64,000 nucleotides of DNA from an uncultured bacterium. Lineage in GTDB: Bacteria; Fidelibacterota; Marinisomatia; Marinisomatales; JAHJCW01. The DNA lies in the NCBI GenBank assembly GCA_965369995.1, contig CBDURO010000004.1, positions 4,216-68,215 of the forward strand, written 5' to 3'. This document shows positions 56,017 through 64,000 of this stretch, piece after piece (within the stretch, counting starts at the first letter, position 1; every line of letters begins with the position of its first letter). Made by a program: the position numbers and the translations under genes. The notes beneath the pieces are model-generated. The model was not told where the DNA came from and made no database searches. It saw only the letters and a list, made by a program, of their open reading frames with translations.

Positions 56017-57485
56017 TGTTTTTTCATCCTATTTCTTGAAAGAATTATTACAAGCATTACGATAACCAATACTAGAATAATCCAATAATTTTTTACTTGT
56101 TCGATGGCGCTTTCTAATAAACCAATCGAATGCAAAAAGACAATAAAAATCATAACCGGTGCAATATACTTTAAGAACACTTTGAAAGTACCAACTAACC
56201 ATGAACGATCCTTAAATATATTTTCCGCTCCGTGTTTCAATTCAATCAATGCTTTATCGAAGCCCCAAATCCATGCAACAAATATCGCAATTAATAGTCC
56301 ACCAAAGGGTAATAATACATTCGATGCTATAAAATCAACTATATCGAAAAATGTCATACCATTGTAGGTAACATCAGCTAATAAATTAAAAGACAAAGCA
56401 CTTGGAATACCAAATATGAATACCAACGAACCAAGTACTAAAACAGCTCGATGTCTGCTCCACCCTCTTTCATCAACAAAGTAGGCAACAACAACTTCTA
56501 ACAATGAAATTGCGGAAGTCAATGCTGCTACTGTCAACAATACAAAGAACAATAAGCCAAAAATATAACCTCCGGTCATACTTCCAAAAACCACTGTAAG
56601 CGTATTAAAAATTAATCCGGGTCCTCCTGCCGGATCTTGTCCCATCGCAAAAACTGCGGTAAATATTGCTACACCCGCCATAATGGCGATTAACGTATCA
56701 AGGAACACAATTTGTACAGCAGCATTTGGAATGTTTGTCTTTTTATTCAAATAACTGCCATACGTCATTAAAGCACCCATCCCGAGACTTAATGTAAAAA
56801 AGGCGTGGCCTAATGCGATTAACACAGATTGACCGGTTATTTTACTCCATTCCGGTTTCCATAAAAATGCCAAACCTTCCCCGGATCCTTTTAGAGAAAT
56901 ACCTTTAATCATTAAAATAATTAATATAACAAACAAGATTGGCATCATGATTTTACTACCCCTCTCAATACCATCCTTGACACCCAAAATAACAACTGCC
57001 ATTGTAAATACGAAAAAGATAGTATAGAACCCCATCATCCAAGTTGGATCGCCGACAAGTAAATTGAAATGATTGCTAGCTTGTTCTGCCGTTCCTAAGG
57101 TGCTAAAAGTTCCTTGCAGGGCTTCAATCATATAGCCCATAGACCATCCCGCAATTACCGTGTAAAATGAGAGAATTATGAATCCTGCTAAGACACCCAA
57201 TCCACCAATCGCCGTCCAAAATTTACTTCCACTTAACTTCCTAAAAGCACCGACCGGGTTCCTCTGTGTGGTCCTGCCCATTAATATTTCCGCGATCACA
57301 ACAGGTAAGCCGACTATTGCAATACAAATCAAGTACACAATAATAAAGGCAGCACCACCATTTTCTCCTGCAATATAAGGGAATTTCCATATATTACCGA
57401 GTCCTATAGCCGAGCCGGATGCAGCTAAAACAAATCCAAATTTTGATCCCCAATGTTCTCTTTTAGCCATTTGGCGGTAGCTCAT
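56007..57485 (-). CDS. Sodium-dependent transporter, NSS/SNF family
   Basis: WGSKFGFVLAASGSAIGLGNIWKFPY signature. 492 aa, polytopic. Confidence 0.9.
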   Translation of the reverse strand: MSYRQMAKREHWGSKFGFVLAASGSAIGLGNIWKFPYIAGENGGAAFIIVYLICIAIVGLPVVIAEILMGRTTQRNPVGAFRKLSGSKFWTAIGGLGVLAGFIILSFYTVIAGWSMGYMIEALQGTFSTLGTAEQASNHFNLLVGDPTWMMGFYTIFFVFTMAVVILGVKDGIERGSKIMMPILFVILIILMIKGISLKGSGEGLAFLWKPEWSKITGQSVLIALGHAFFTLSLGMGALMTYGSYLNKKTNIPNAAVQIVFLDTLIAIMAGVAIFTAVFAMGQDPAGGPGLIFNTLTVVFGSMTGGYIFGLLFFVLLTVAALTSAISLLEVVVAYFVDERGWSRHRAVLVLGSLVFIFGIPSALSFNLLADVTYNGMTFFDIVDFIASNVLLPFGGLLIAIFVAWIWGFDKALIELKHGAENIFKDRSWLVGTFKVFLKYIAPVMIFIVFLHSIGLLESAIEQVKNYWIILVLVIVMLVIILSRNRMKKQCY

Positions 57486-57870
57486 TTTCTAAAGTATTTT
57501 TTTCCAATACATCACCTTCCATAATTTGATTGAACGGTTCCAAATGGCTATCCACGACCGCATCGAGTATCCCGTAAATATGTACGAAAAATGCCCACCA
57601 AGCATATTTGTTTCTATTCGTTAAATACAAATCATTTGAATTTTCAATAGTATATTTTTTACCATTCTTAATTGATTGCCGAATCGCTAGCGATTCTAAA
57701 GTAATTATGATACCAGCTTTTAGATACTTGCCATTATAAATTTGTCCTCCACCCGGCAATATACTCCACAACGCAGCTTTTTTTGGAGTTTTGATTTTTG
57801 TTGAATCTATTTCCTGCCCAAATGAAAAAGAAATAATTATAATAAAAATTAATAACACTTTAGGAATCAA
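57463..57870 (-). CDS. DUF5683-like small membrane/periplasmic protein
   Basis: LWSILPGGGQIYNGKYLKAG motif after a signal/TM segment. Confidence 0.55.
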   Translation of the reverse strand: MIPKVLLIFIIIISFSFGQEIDSTKIKTPKKAALWSILPGGGQIYNGKYLKAGIIITLESLAIRQSIKNGKKYTIENSNDLYLTNRNKYAWWAFFVHIYGILDAVVDSHLEPFNQIMEGDVLEKNTLENELPPNG

Positions 57871-58780
57871 AGCGTTTATCTCCTGACCAATTACCGATTA
57901 TAGGTTGTACCTTGGGATGGATTTTTATATCTAATATTTTACATTTATCTTCAAATATTTCACCATCAAAATGAATAGGGATAAACTTAGTACTTTCTAC
58001 TTTAATACGCTTTGCTTGAAACATCTCAACTTCATCCAAATCTGTTATTGTACCGTTTGATAGTTTTGCAAAATTAGTAACAATTCGCCACCGTGTTATC
58101 TCTTTTACATAGCAAACGTCAAATACACCATCGTCTAATTTTGCTTTTGGAGTAAGTTGCAATCCACCTCCAACATTCCAACCATTTCCAATACTGACCA
58201 TATAAATATCATCTTCAAGTATTTTTTTGTCTAAGGTTAACTTCATCGGAATTCTTTTATATGCAAATAACGTATATACAATTGCTAAAATATAGCGGAA
58301 AGCTCCCTTTATAAATTCTATTTTTCTACCATTCCAATTTACCTGTCCCTCAAAACCCATACCGAGGACATTTACAAATTTCCTGCCATTAACTTCGCCT
58401 ACATCAATGTTTTTTACATCGTGGTTCAACAAGATTTGAATTGCTTCTTCAATCGAATTGTAAGGAATACTGCAACTTCTTGCAAAATCATTTCCGGTTC
58501 CGATGGGAATCATTCCAAACGGTATTTTTAAATCCGGAGCCCCATTAATCACTTCGTTAATTGTACCATCACCACCAACGGCTACAACAACGTCAAATTT
58601 AGGACCGATTTCCTTCACTAATTCTACGGCATGCATCGGTTCTTGTGTAAAATGAAATTCATATTCAATTTTCTTTGTTCGGAAAATATTTTCAATTTGA
58701 GGCAATACTTTCATTGTTTTACCACTACCCGCTATCGGATTAACAATTAACAAATATCTTTTTTTCTTGGGCATATTCAC
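57860..58780 (-). CDS. Diacylglycerol/lipid kinase, YegS/BmrU family
   Basis: LLIVNPIAGSGK, VVAVGGDGTINEV and PIGTGNDFAR. Confidence 0.85.
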   Translation of the reverse strand: MNMPKKKRYLLIVNPIAGSGKTMKVLPQIENIFRTKKIEYEFHFTQEPMHAVELVKEIGPKFDVVVAVGGDGTINEVINGAPDLKIPFGMIPIGTGNDFARSCSIPYNSIEEAIQILLNHDVKNIDVGEVNGRKFVNVLGMGFEGQVNWNGRKIEFIKGAFRYILAIVYTLFAYKRIPMKLTLDKKILEDDIYMVSIGNGWNVGGGLQLTPKAKLDDGVFDVCYVKEITRWRIVTNFAKLSNGTITDLDEVEMFQAKRIKVESTKFIPIHFDGEIFEDKCKILDIKIHPKVQPIIGNWSGDKRFDS

Positions 58781-58786
58781 TCCTAT

Positions 58787-59170
58787 TTATAATGTTGCAA
58801 TACAATCGATTTCGATTAACACATCCTTTGGAAGCGCCGATACTTCAACGACCGACCGTGCCGGAGGATCAACACCATCAAACCGTTCCTTAAATACGGC
58901 ATTCAACTCAGGATAATTTGATAAATTTGTAATAAATACGGTTAGCTTAATTGATTTACTTAAATCGGTTCCGGCAGCTTTCAAAACAAATTCAATATTA
59001 TTTAATGTCTGTTTTACTTGTTCAGTGAAATCATCTGAAATTACTTCGCCCGTTTTTGAATCTAGTGGAATTTGTCCGGCAGTGTAAACCAATCCATTTG
59101 ATACAATTGCTTGACTATAATAGCCAATCGCGCCTGGTGCATTTTCAGTAAATATTATTTTTCTATTCAT
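58787..59170 (-). CDS. ridA: RidA/YjgF-family reactive-intermediate deaminase
   Basis: APGAIGYYSQAI...GQIPLD...PARSVVEVSALPKDVLIEIDCIA. Confidence 0.9.
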   Translation of the reverse strand: MNRKIIFTENAPGAIGYYSQAIVSNGLVYTAGQIPLDSKTGEVISDDFTEQVKQTLNNIEFVLKAAGTDLSKSIKLTVFITNLSNYPELNAVFKERFDGVDPPARSVVEVSALPKDVLIEIDCIATL

Positions 59171-59180
59171 ATTTTTTTAG

Positions 59181-59333
59181 CCACTAATTACACGAATTAC
59201 ACAAATAATATTTATAACAAATTGAAATTAACCGCGAAGAACGCAAAGCTATCATTCTTTGAATAATCCTGTGTAATGGTTTTTATTGTCAATGTAATTG
59301 TTTTTATATTTGTGTCCTTCGTGTAATCCGTGG
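59181..59333. repeat. 153-bp intergenic element bounded by about 25-bp imperfect inverted repeats (MITE/REP-like)
   Basis: The left arm is CCACTAATTACACGAATTACACAAA (59181-59205). The reverse complement of 59309-59333 is CCACGGATTACACGAAGGACACAAA, which matches at 21/25 positions. The interior contains AACCGCGAAGAACGCAAAGC and a third degenerate TGTGTAATGG copy. Confidence 0.5.
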
Positions 59334-59369
59334 TTATTCTTATCGTTTTAATCTTTTTTTCGTTGTGAA

Positions 59370-59792
59370 TTATTCCAAATCCCAAGTCGCCAAACCAATT
59401 TCATCATTGAATGTGCGTTTAGAATTACCATCAATTTTATGAATTATAAATTCTCCGACTACTGCAACATTCATGCTAAATAAATGTCCACCAAATATTT
59501 CCATATTATGATTACCGATGGTTATGTGAGCATGGATAAACGGCTCATCATCCAATAACATAATATTACCCTGATACGTGATCAATTCATACTCTTCTTT
59601 GAATGTCTTCTTAGTGTATTCTTTTGTGCTAGAATCATAAGCACCTAATTCAATATTATTCATTGCACCAATACCAGTGATGTGACCATTTAAAATATTA
59701 TGTTTTTTACAAAAATTGGTCAATACATCAACTGCCGGTTCGCCTTTTTCAAGATAAACAAAGTAGGTGTTATCATGTTGCTTAAATTGCAT
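59370..59792 (-). CDS. PPC (DUF296) domain protein
   Basis: 140 aa. The pattern YLEKGEPAVDVLTNFCKKHNI..GHITGIGAM......HAHITIG is typical of PPC/DUF296. It shares 1 nt with the alaS stop. Confidence 0.65.
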   Translation of the reverse strand: MQFKQHDNTYFVYLEKGEPAVDVLTNFCKKHNILNGHITGIGAMNNIELGAYDSSTKEYTKKTFKEEYELITYQGNIMLLDDEPFIHAHITIGNHNMEIFGGHLFSMNVAVVGEFIIHKIDGNSKRTFNDEIGLATWDLE

Positions 59793-62389
59793 TATTTATT
59801 AAGTTTTAATAGAGCTGCTCGAATATGAGTATTAGCCTGATTTAATAACATACCTAATTGGCTATTGTCTCTCCCCCCTGTAGTTGCCATATGTGGTTTT
59901 CCTCCACCACCTGTTCCCAATTTATAACCAATAGCACGCGCAAGATCGCCAGCATTAATACCTTCTTTAACTAAATCCTGTGTAACCAACACTAATATTG
60001 TTGGTTTTTTATCTCCTTTTATACCAAGAACTCGAATTAGGGATTGTTCCTTTTTAATAAATTGATCACCTATAGTTTTTAATTCATTTATATTTTTAGC
60101 ATTTGCTTCACTAATAATGTATTTGACTTTACCAATTTTTGTTGGAATTGATTTTTGGTATAAATCTTTTATGACACTAGATTCCTTTAAACCTTTTTCA
60201 ATAGTCTTAATTAGATCTTTCTGTTCTAATACAAATTTCTCAGCTCTTTCCACTAGTTCATCTTGAGAGCTACGAAGCACATATTGCATACTTGTTATAA
60301 TATCACTTTGTTTTTGAATGTATTTAACTGCTTCTTTTCCAGTAATTGCAATAATTCTCCTCACACCTGCGGCAAGGGAAGATTCTTCAATAATCTTAAA
60401 TAAACCAATATCACCGGTCTGATTAACATGTGTTCCGCCACACAATTCTTTGGAAAAATTGCCAATTGTTAACACTCGAACTTCATCACCGTATTTCTCA
60501 CCAAAAAGTGCTTGTGCACCTTCTTTTTTAGCATCATCAAATGATTTAATTGTAGAAATTACATCAGTGTTCTTAATAATCTCATTATTAACAATCGTTT
60601 CTACTTGAGCAAGTTCTTTTGATGAAATTTTCTCGAAATGTGTTAAGTCAAAACGGAAGTTTTCGGGACCAACTGAAGAACCAGCTTGATGCACATGTTC
60701 TCCTAACACTTCTTTCAATGCTGCATGCAGTAAATGTGTTGCTGTGTGGTTTCTTCTGATAGCATCACGACGTTCTTTATCAATACTACATTTTACCTCA
60801 TTATTCACTTTTGACTCGTCAAAATCACCTTCGCAAAAATGTATAATTCTATCATGTTCCTTTTGAGTATCAATTACATTCAAATCAATTCCGTCACCAA
60901 TTATTGTTCCCGTATCACCTATTTGTCCACCGGATTCAGCATAAAAAGGTGTTTTATCTAAAACAATTGCAATTCTATTATTAATTTTTGACCATCTTGT
61001 AATTTTTGAATTTGATTCCAAAGATTCATAACCAACAAAATGTGAATCATCACCTTTTTGTACAATATTCCAATCTATTTTATCTGAACTAACTTTGAAT
61101 CTTCCAGATGATTTTGCGCGCTTTTTTTGTTCTTTCATAGCTGCTAAAAATCCTTTTTCATCAACCTTTAAATTTTGTTCACGGGCGATTAATTCAGTAA
61201 GATCCAAGGGAAAACCATAAGTATCATATAATTTAAATGCTTCGGCACCCGGGATTGTTTTACCTGATAAATTCTGCACAACTTTATCAAAATGATTTAA
61301 CCCACGATCCAAAGTCTTATTAAATGATTTTTCTTCGGCTTTAATTACATTAACGATATGTGCATTTTTATCAATTATTTCAGGATACACAGAGCCAAGC
61401 ATTTCGCCAACAGTATCAACTAATTTATATATAAACGGTTCAGTTTGATTAAGAATTCGTCCAAATCTTGAAGCACGACGTAAAATTCTACGAACTATGT
61501 ATCCACGTCCTTCATTGGATGGCATCACGCCGTCAGCGATTGAGAAAGTCAGCATTCTAACGTGGTCTGCAATCACCTGATGAGGTACGGGATTCTTCTT
61601 ATAACTGACTCCGGTGATCTTCTCAATTTGTTTTATTAATGGTTGGAAAAGATCAGTCTCATAGTTGCTTACTTTTCCTTGCATCGCTGAAACAATTCTT
61701 TCTAAACCTGCGCCTGTATCTATGTGTTTTTTCGGAAGATCTGTTAATTTACCTTTTTCATCTCGATTAAATTGAATAAATACTAAGTTCCATAATTCCC
61801 AATATTCATCTGTTACATTCACACCTTTTGCGGATTGCTTGGATAAATCTTTCCCAATATAATAATGTATTTCAGAACACGGACCGCACGGACCGGTTTC
61901 ACCCATTTCCCAAAAATTTTCTTTTTTATCAAAACGTAATATTCTATCGTGATCAATATCGGTTTCCGATTTCCATAACTCAAAAGCTTCGTCATCGTCT
62001 TCGAACACAGTCGCCCAAAGGCGATTTTTATCTAATCTCCAAACCTCTGTAAATAATTCCCAAGCCCATTTTATGGCTTCCACTTTGTAATAATCACCGA
62101 AAGACCAATTACCCAACATTTCGAAGAAAGTATGGTGATAATTATCTACTCCGACCTCTTCTAAATCATTGTGTTTTCCGCTAACTCGAATACATTTTTG
62201 ACTGTTTACAACCCGATTATTTTTTGGTTCTTGCTCATTTAAAAATACCGGTTTGAACTGGTTCATTCCCGCATTAGTGAATAAAAGTGTAGGATCATCC
62301 AAAGGTGCAACAGATGAACTCCGCACAACTGAATGATTTTTATCCTTGAAAAAATTAATGAAAGATTGGCGTATATTGTTACTATTCAT
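59792..62389 (-). CDS. alaS: Alanine--tRNA ligase
   Basis: FTNAGMNQFK, the editing-domain motif HTATHLLHAAL and CGGTHV, plus a C-terminal DHHA1-like region. 865 aa. Confidence 0.97.
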   Translation of the reverse strand: MNSNNIRQSFINFFKDKNHSVVRSSSVAPLDDPTLLFTNAGMNQFKPVFLNEQEPKNNRVVNSQKCIRVSGKHNDLEEVGVDNYHHTFFEMLGNWSFGDYYKVEAIKWAWELFTEVWRLDKNRLWATVFEDDDEAFELWKSETDIDHDRILRFDKKENFWEMGETGPCGPCSEIHYYIGKDLSKQSAKGVNVTDEYWELWNLVFIQFNRDEKGKLTDLPKKHIDTGAGLERIVSAMQGKVSNYETDLFQPLIKQIEKITGVSYKKNPVPHQVIADHVRMLTFSIADGVMPSNEGRGYIVRRILRRASRFGRILNQTEPFIYKLVDTVGEMLGSVYPEIIDKNAHIVNVIKAEEKSFNKTLDRGLNHFDKVVQNLSGKTIPGAEAFKLYDTYGFPLDLTELIAREQNLKVDEKGFLAAMKEQKKRAKSSGRFKVSSDKIDWNIVQKGDDSHFVGYESLESNSKITRWSKINNRIAIVLDKTPFYAESGGQIGDTGTIIGDGIDLNVIDTQKEHDRIIHFCEGDFDESKVNNEVKCSIDKERRDAIRRNHTATHLLHAALKEVLGEHVHQAGSSVGPENFRFDLTHFEKISSKELAQVETIVNNEIIKNTDVISTIKSFDDAKKEGAQALFGEKYGDEVRVLTIGNFSKELCGGTHVNQTGDIGLFKIIEESSLAAGVRRIIAITGKEAVKYIQKQSDIITSMQYVLRSSQDELVERAEKFVLEQKDLIKTIEKGLKESSVIKDLYQKSIPTKIGKVKYIISEANAKNINELKTIGDQFIKKEQSLIRVLGIKGDKKPTILVLVTQDLVKEGINAGDLARAIGYKLGTGGGGKPHMATTGGRDNSQLGMLLNQANTHIRAALLKLNK

Positions 62390-62470
62390 TTTTCAAATTA
62401 ATAAGATTTTATGGATTGAAAAACAAATATGTTGAAAGCGTTATTTTGAATTATAAAGATTTTCTAAACG

Positions 62471-64000
62471 TTAAAAACCAAAACTCGTTTCTAATAAAGA
62501 CATATTGATGGATTCATCCTTATCTAAAACATCACCATCACCATTTTTATCTAAATAGGATCGTTTAAATGAATAATTTAGTATCATCCCCCATCCTATT
62601 TTAACTCCGACTGAAAAACCCATAATTGTATTTTCGGTTGGCTCAAACTTAAATGGATTTAGCACATTTCTTTGTTGATAAAATGCCGATGCCGATTCAA
62701 TACGACTCATTGGTTGTGTTAATTCAGCGGATGCTAAAAAGCTTTTAAGCGTTTGATATTCAAATGATTCAATTTCCCTATTCCATTTTTGTCCAAACAT
62801 ACTTTGATAAGTTGCACCAATTAGAAAATATTCATTGATATCAAAATCTACTCTGCCGTAAATACCGCGCATCTTTCCAAATTCACCAAGATAATCCGAT
62901 TTAGGCGTGACCTTAATGGACGTAACTCCATTTTCTGCTGAAGTAACAGTTGCACGCGTATGCTCATAAGCACGATCCCAATATTCAAATTCAAATTTGC
63001 CATCCGGTATTATACGATATTCAACCTGCCAGCTAAAAATACCAATGTGATTAAATACTCCTACTGGTGCAAAACCAAATTCCAACTCAACATTTTCACC
63101 AGTCTCAGGATCAATTGTCTCACCAATCATTTTCGCAATTTGACTGTAAACTAATAAAGATGTTACCTTGTTCTGAATTATTGGAATTGAAAGATCAATC
63201 GCTATGGCGCTTATTGGCTTAGGATTATCAAGAATATTTAACGGCTCCGGTTTCAATTCTATATCAGTATCAGGTATTGTATTATAAAAAGTTGAATCTT
63301 TGTATCCCTCTGGTAAATTTAAAGAATCCCAAAAATCATGAATTGCTTCTAAATTATATACGTCTGGTTGTCCATCTCCATCTCTGTCAAATTCGTTCGG
63401 ATCATCATCGGCTAAACCGTCATCATCAGAATCAAGCCAATTTTTATCATCATATGGAAAACTATCCACGATATCCGGTCTTCCATCGTAATCACGATCT
63501 TGTAATCCAAGATATTGATTCTGATCGGTTACAGCACTAATTCCAAGATGTAATCCAGTTGGTATGACACTGGAAACACGTCCTCCAACAACACTTGCAT
63601 TTTCCTTAAAATTATTTACAAATGCTTGCAATGAAACATATTTAGACTGAATCTTAGCATCTAATCCGATTTTTCTCTGCTGAGGATAATCGAAGGTATT
63701 CGAATATCTGTTGACTAATATACCATATCCTAAAGTTGTTCGCTCAAGAGCTCCGACTCTGATGTACAAAGGTTCATATCGGGTACCGTATTGGATGAAA
63801 TATATTTTGTCTAAAATTGTATTTTTTATCGCTGTACCATTGGAAAAATCCCACTCATCCTGATGCAATTTGCCATTTTGGTCAATATACATAATAATGT
63901 CCAAACCAAATTTTATTTTCCATATATCAATTGTAGGACGAAGTGCAAACTGTCCCCACACTTTATCATCAATTGTAGCGAGACCAAATACACCGCGCAT
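62471..64000 (-). CDS. Outer-membrane beta-barrel protein with thrombospondin-type-3-like Asp-rich Ca-binding repeats; the 5' end is probably beyond the window
   Basis: DRDYDGRPDIVDSFPYDDKNWLDSDDDGLADDDPNEFDRDGDGQPD repeats sit between beta-strand-rich halves. The C-terminus ...LLETSFGF ends in Phe. There is no signal peptide at the edge ATG, so the true start is likely upstream. Confidence 0.6.
   Translation of the reverse strand: MRGVFGLATIDDKVWGQFALRPTIDIWKIKFGLDIIMYIDQNGKLHQDEWDFSNGTAIKNTILDKIYFIQYGTRYEPLYIRVGALERTTLGYGILVNRYSNTFDYPQQRKIGLDAKIQSKYVSLQAFVNNFKENASVVGGRVSSVIPTGLHLGISAVTDQNQYLGLQDRDYDGRPDIVDSFPYDDKNWLDSDDDGLADDDPNEFDRDGDGQPDVYNLEAIHDFWDSLNLPEGYKDSTFYNTIPDTDIELKPEPLNILDNPKPISAIAIDLSIPIIQNKVTSLLVYSQIAKMIGETIDPETGENVELEFGFAPVGVFNHIGIFSWQVEYRIIPDGKFEFEYWDRAYEHTRATVTSAENGVTSIKVTPKSDYLGEFGKMRGIYGRVDFDINEYFLIGATYQSMFGQKWNREIESFEYQTLKSFLASAELTQPMSRIESASAFYQQRNVLNPFKFEPTENTIMGFSVGVKIGWGMILNYSFKRSYLDKNGDGDVLDKDESINMSLLETSFGF

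Noticed and set aside
63998-64000. An ATG exactly at the window edge as the start of the last minus-strand ORF.
   Set aside because: The encoded N-terminus (MRGVFGLATIDD...) has no signal peptide although the protein is an outer-membrane barrel. The real start is probably beyond the window.
1-64000. A search by eye for CRISPR arrays, IS elements or transposases, integrases, phage modules, rRNA operons and known defence-system genes.
   Set aside because: No regularly spaced direct repeats and no transposase, integrase or phage-like ORFs were found. The window is a core housekeeping region, with only a small accessory patch around 9.2-13.8 kb.

Overview
This is a 64-kb chromosomal segment from an AT-rich bacterium (roughly one-third G+C by eye, not computed). 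LptE, Omp85-type barrels and other large beta-barrels indicate an outer membrane. DUF5683 and a sensor-less sigma-54 activator next to lptE suggest an FCB-group lineage (Ignavibacteria/Chlorobi/Bacteroidetes-like), but that placement is inference only.

The window holds about 60 genes, almost all on the minus strand and tightly packed or overlapping. Most are housekeeping genes:
- Envelope and DNA uptake: lepB, rnhB, comEC.
- Recombination, repair and replication: cinA-thpR-recA-recX, uvrB, an exonuclease-DinG fusion, and the ffs-dnaX-ybaB-recR block.
- Lipid and translation: pgpA, pgsA, lepA, asnS, alaS, rpsT.
- Metabolism and redox: trxA, nadE, galE, guaB, hutH, ridA.
- Transporters and channels: AgcS, an NSS transporter, a Kv-type channel and a pentapeptide-repeat channel.

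RNA genes are tRNA-Leu(CAA), tRNA-Ala(CGC) and a 271-nt Bacillus-type (Alu-domain) SRP RNA. I saw no CRISPR array, transposase, integrase or prophage genes, and I cannot point to one clear-cut novel multi-gene system.

The observations most worth a second look are:
1. An Rdx/SelW-like selenoprotein with an in-frame UGA in a CxxU motif. The ORF track truncates it.
2. Single in-frame stop codons splitting comEC (TAG) and a pentapeptide-repeat K+ channel gene (TAA), 2.8 kb apart.
3. A fused RNase HII-YraN gene.
4. A degenerate PurL-like pseudoenzyme encoded directly after recA-recX.
5. An overlapping three-gene outer-membrane operon of unknown function: beta-propeller-like protein, 1097-aa barrel and Omp85-like barrel.
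6. An archaeal-style geranylgeranyl reductase plus ferredoxin pair.
7. A family of short GC-enriched hairpin and inverted-repeat elements in the AT-rich intergenic regions.

A partial acyl-CoA synthetase gene at the left edge (1..1684, minus strand) is missing from the supplied ORF track. I translated it by hand.
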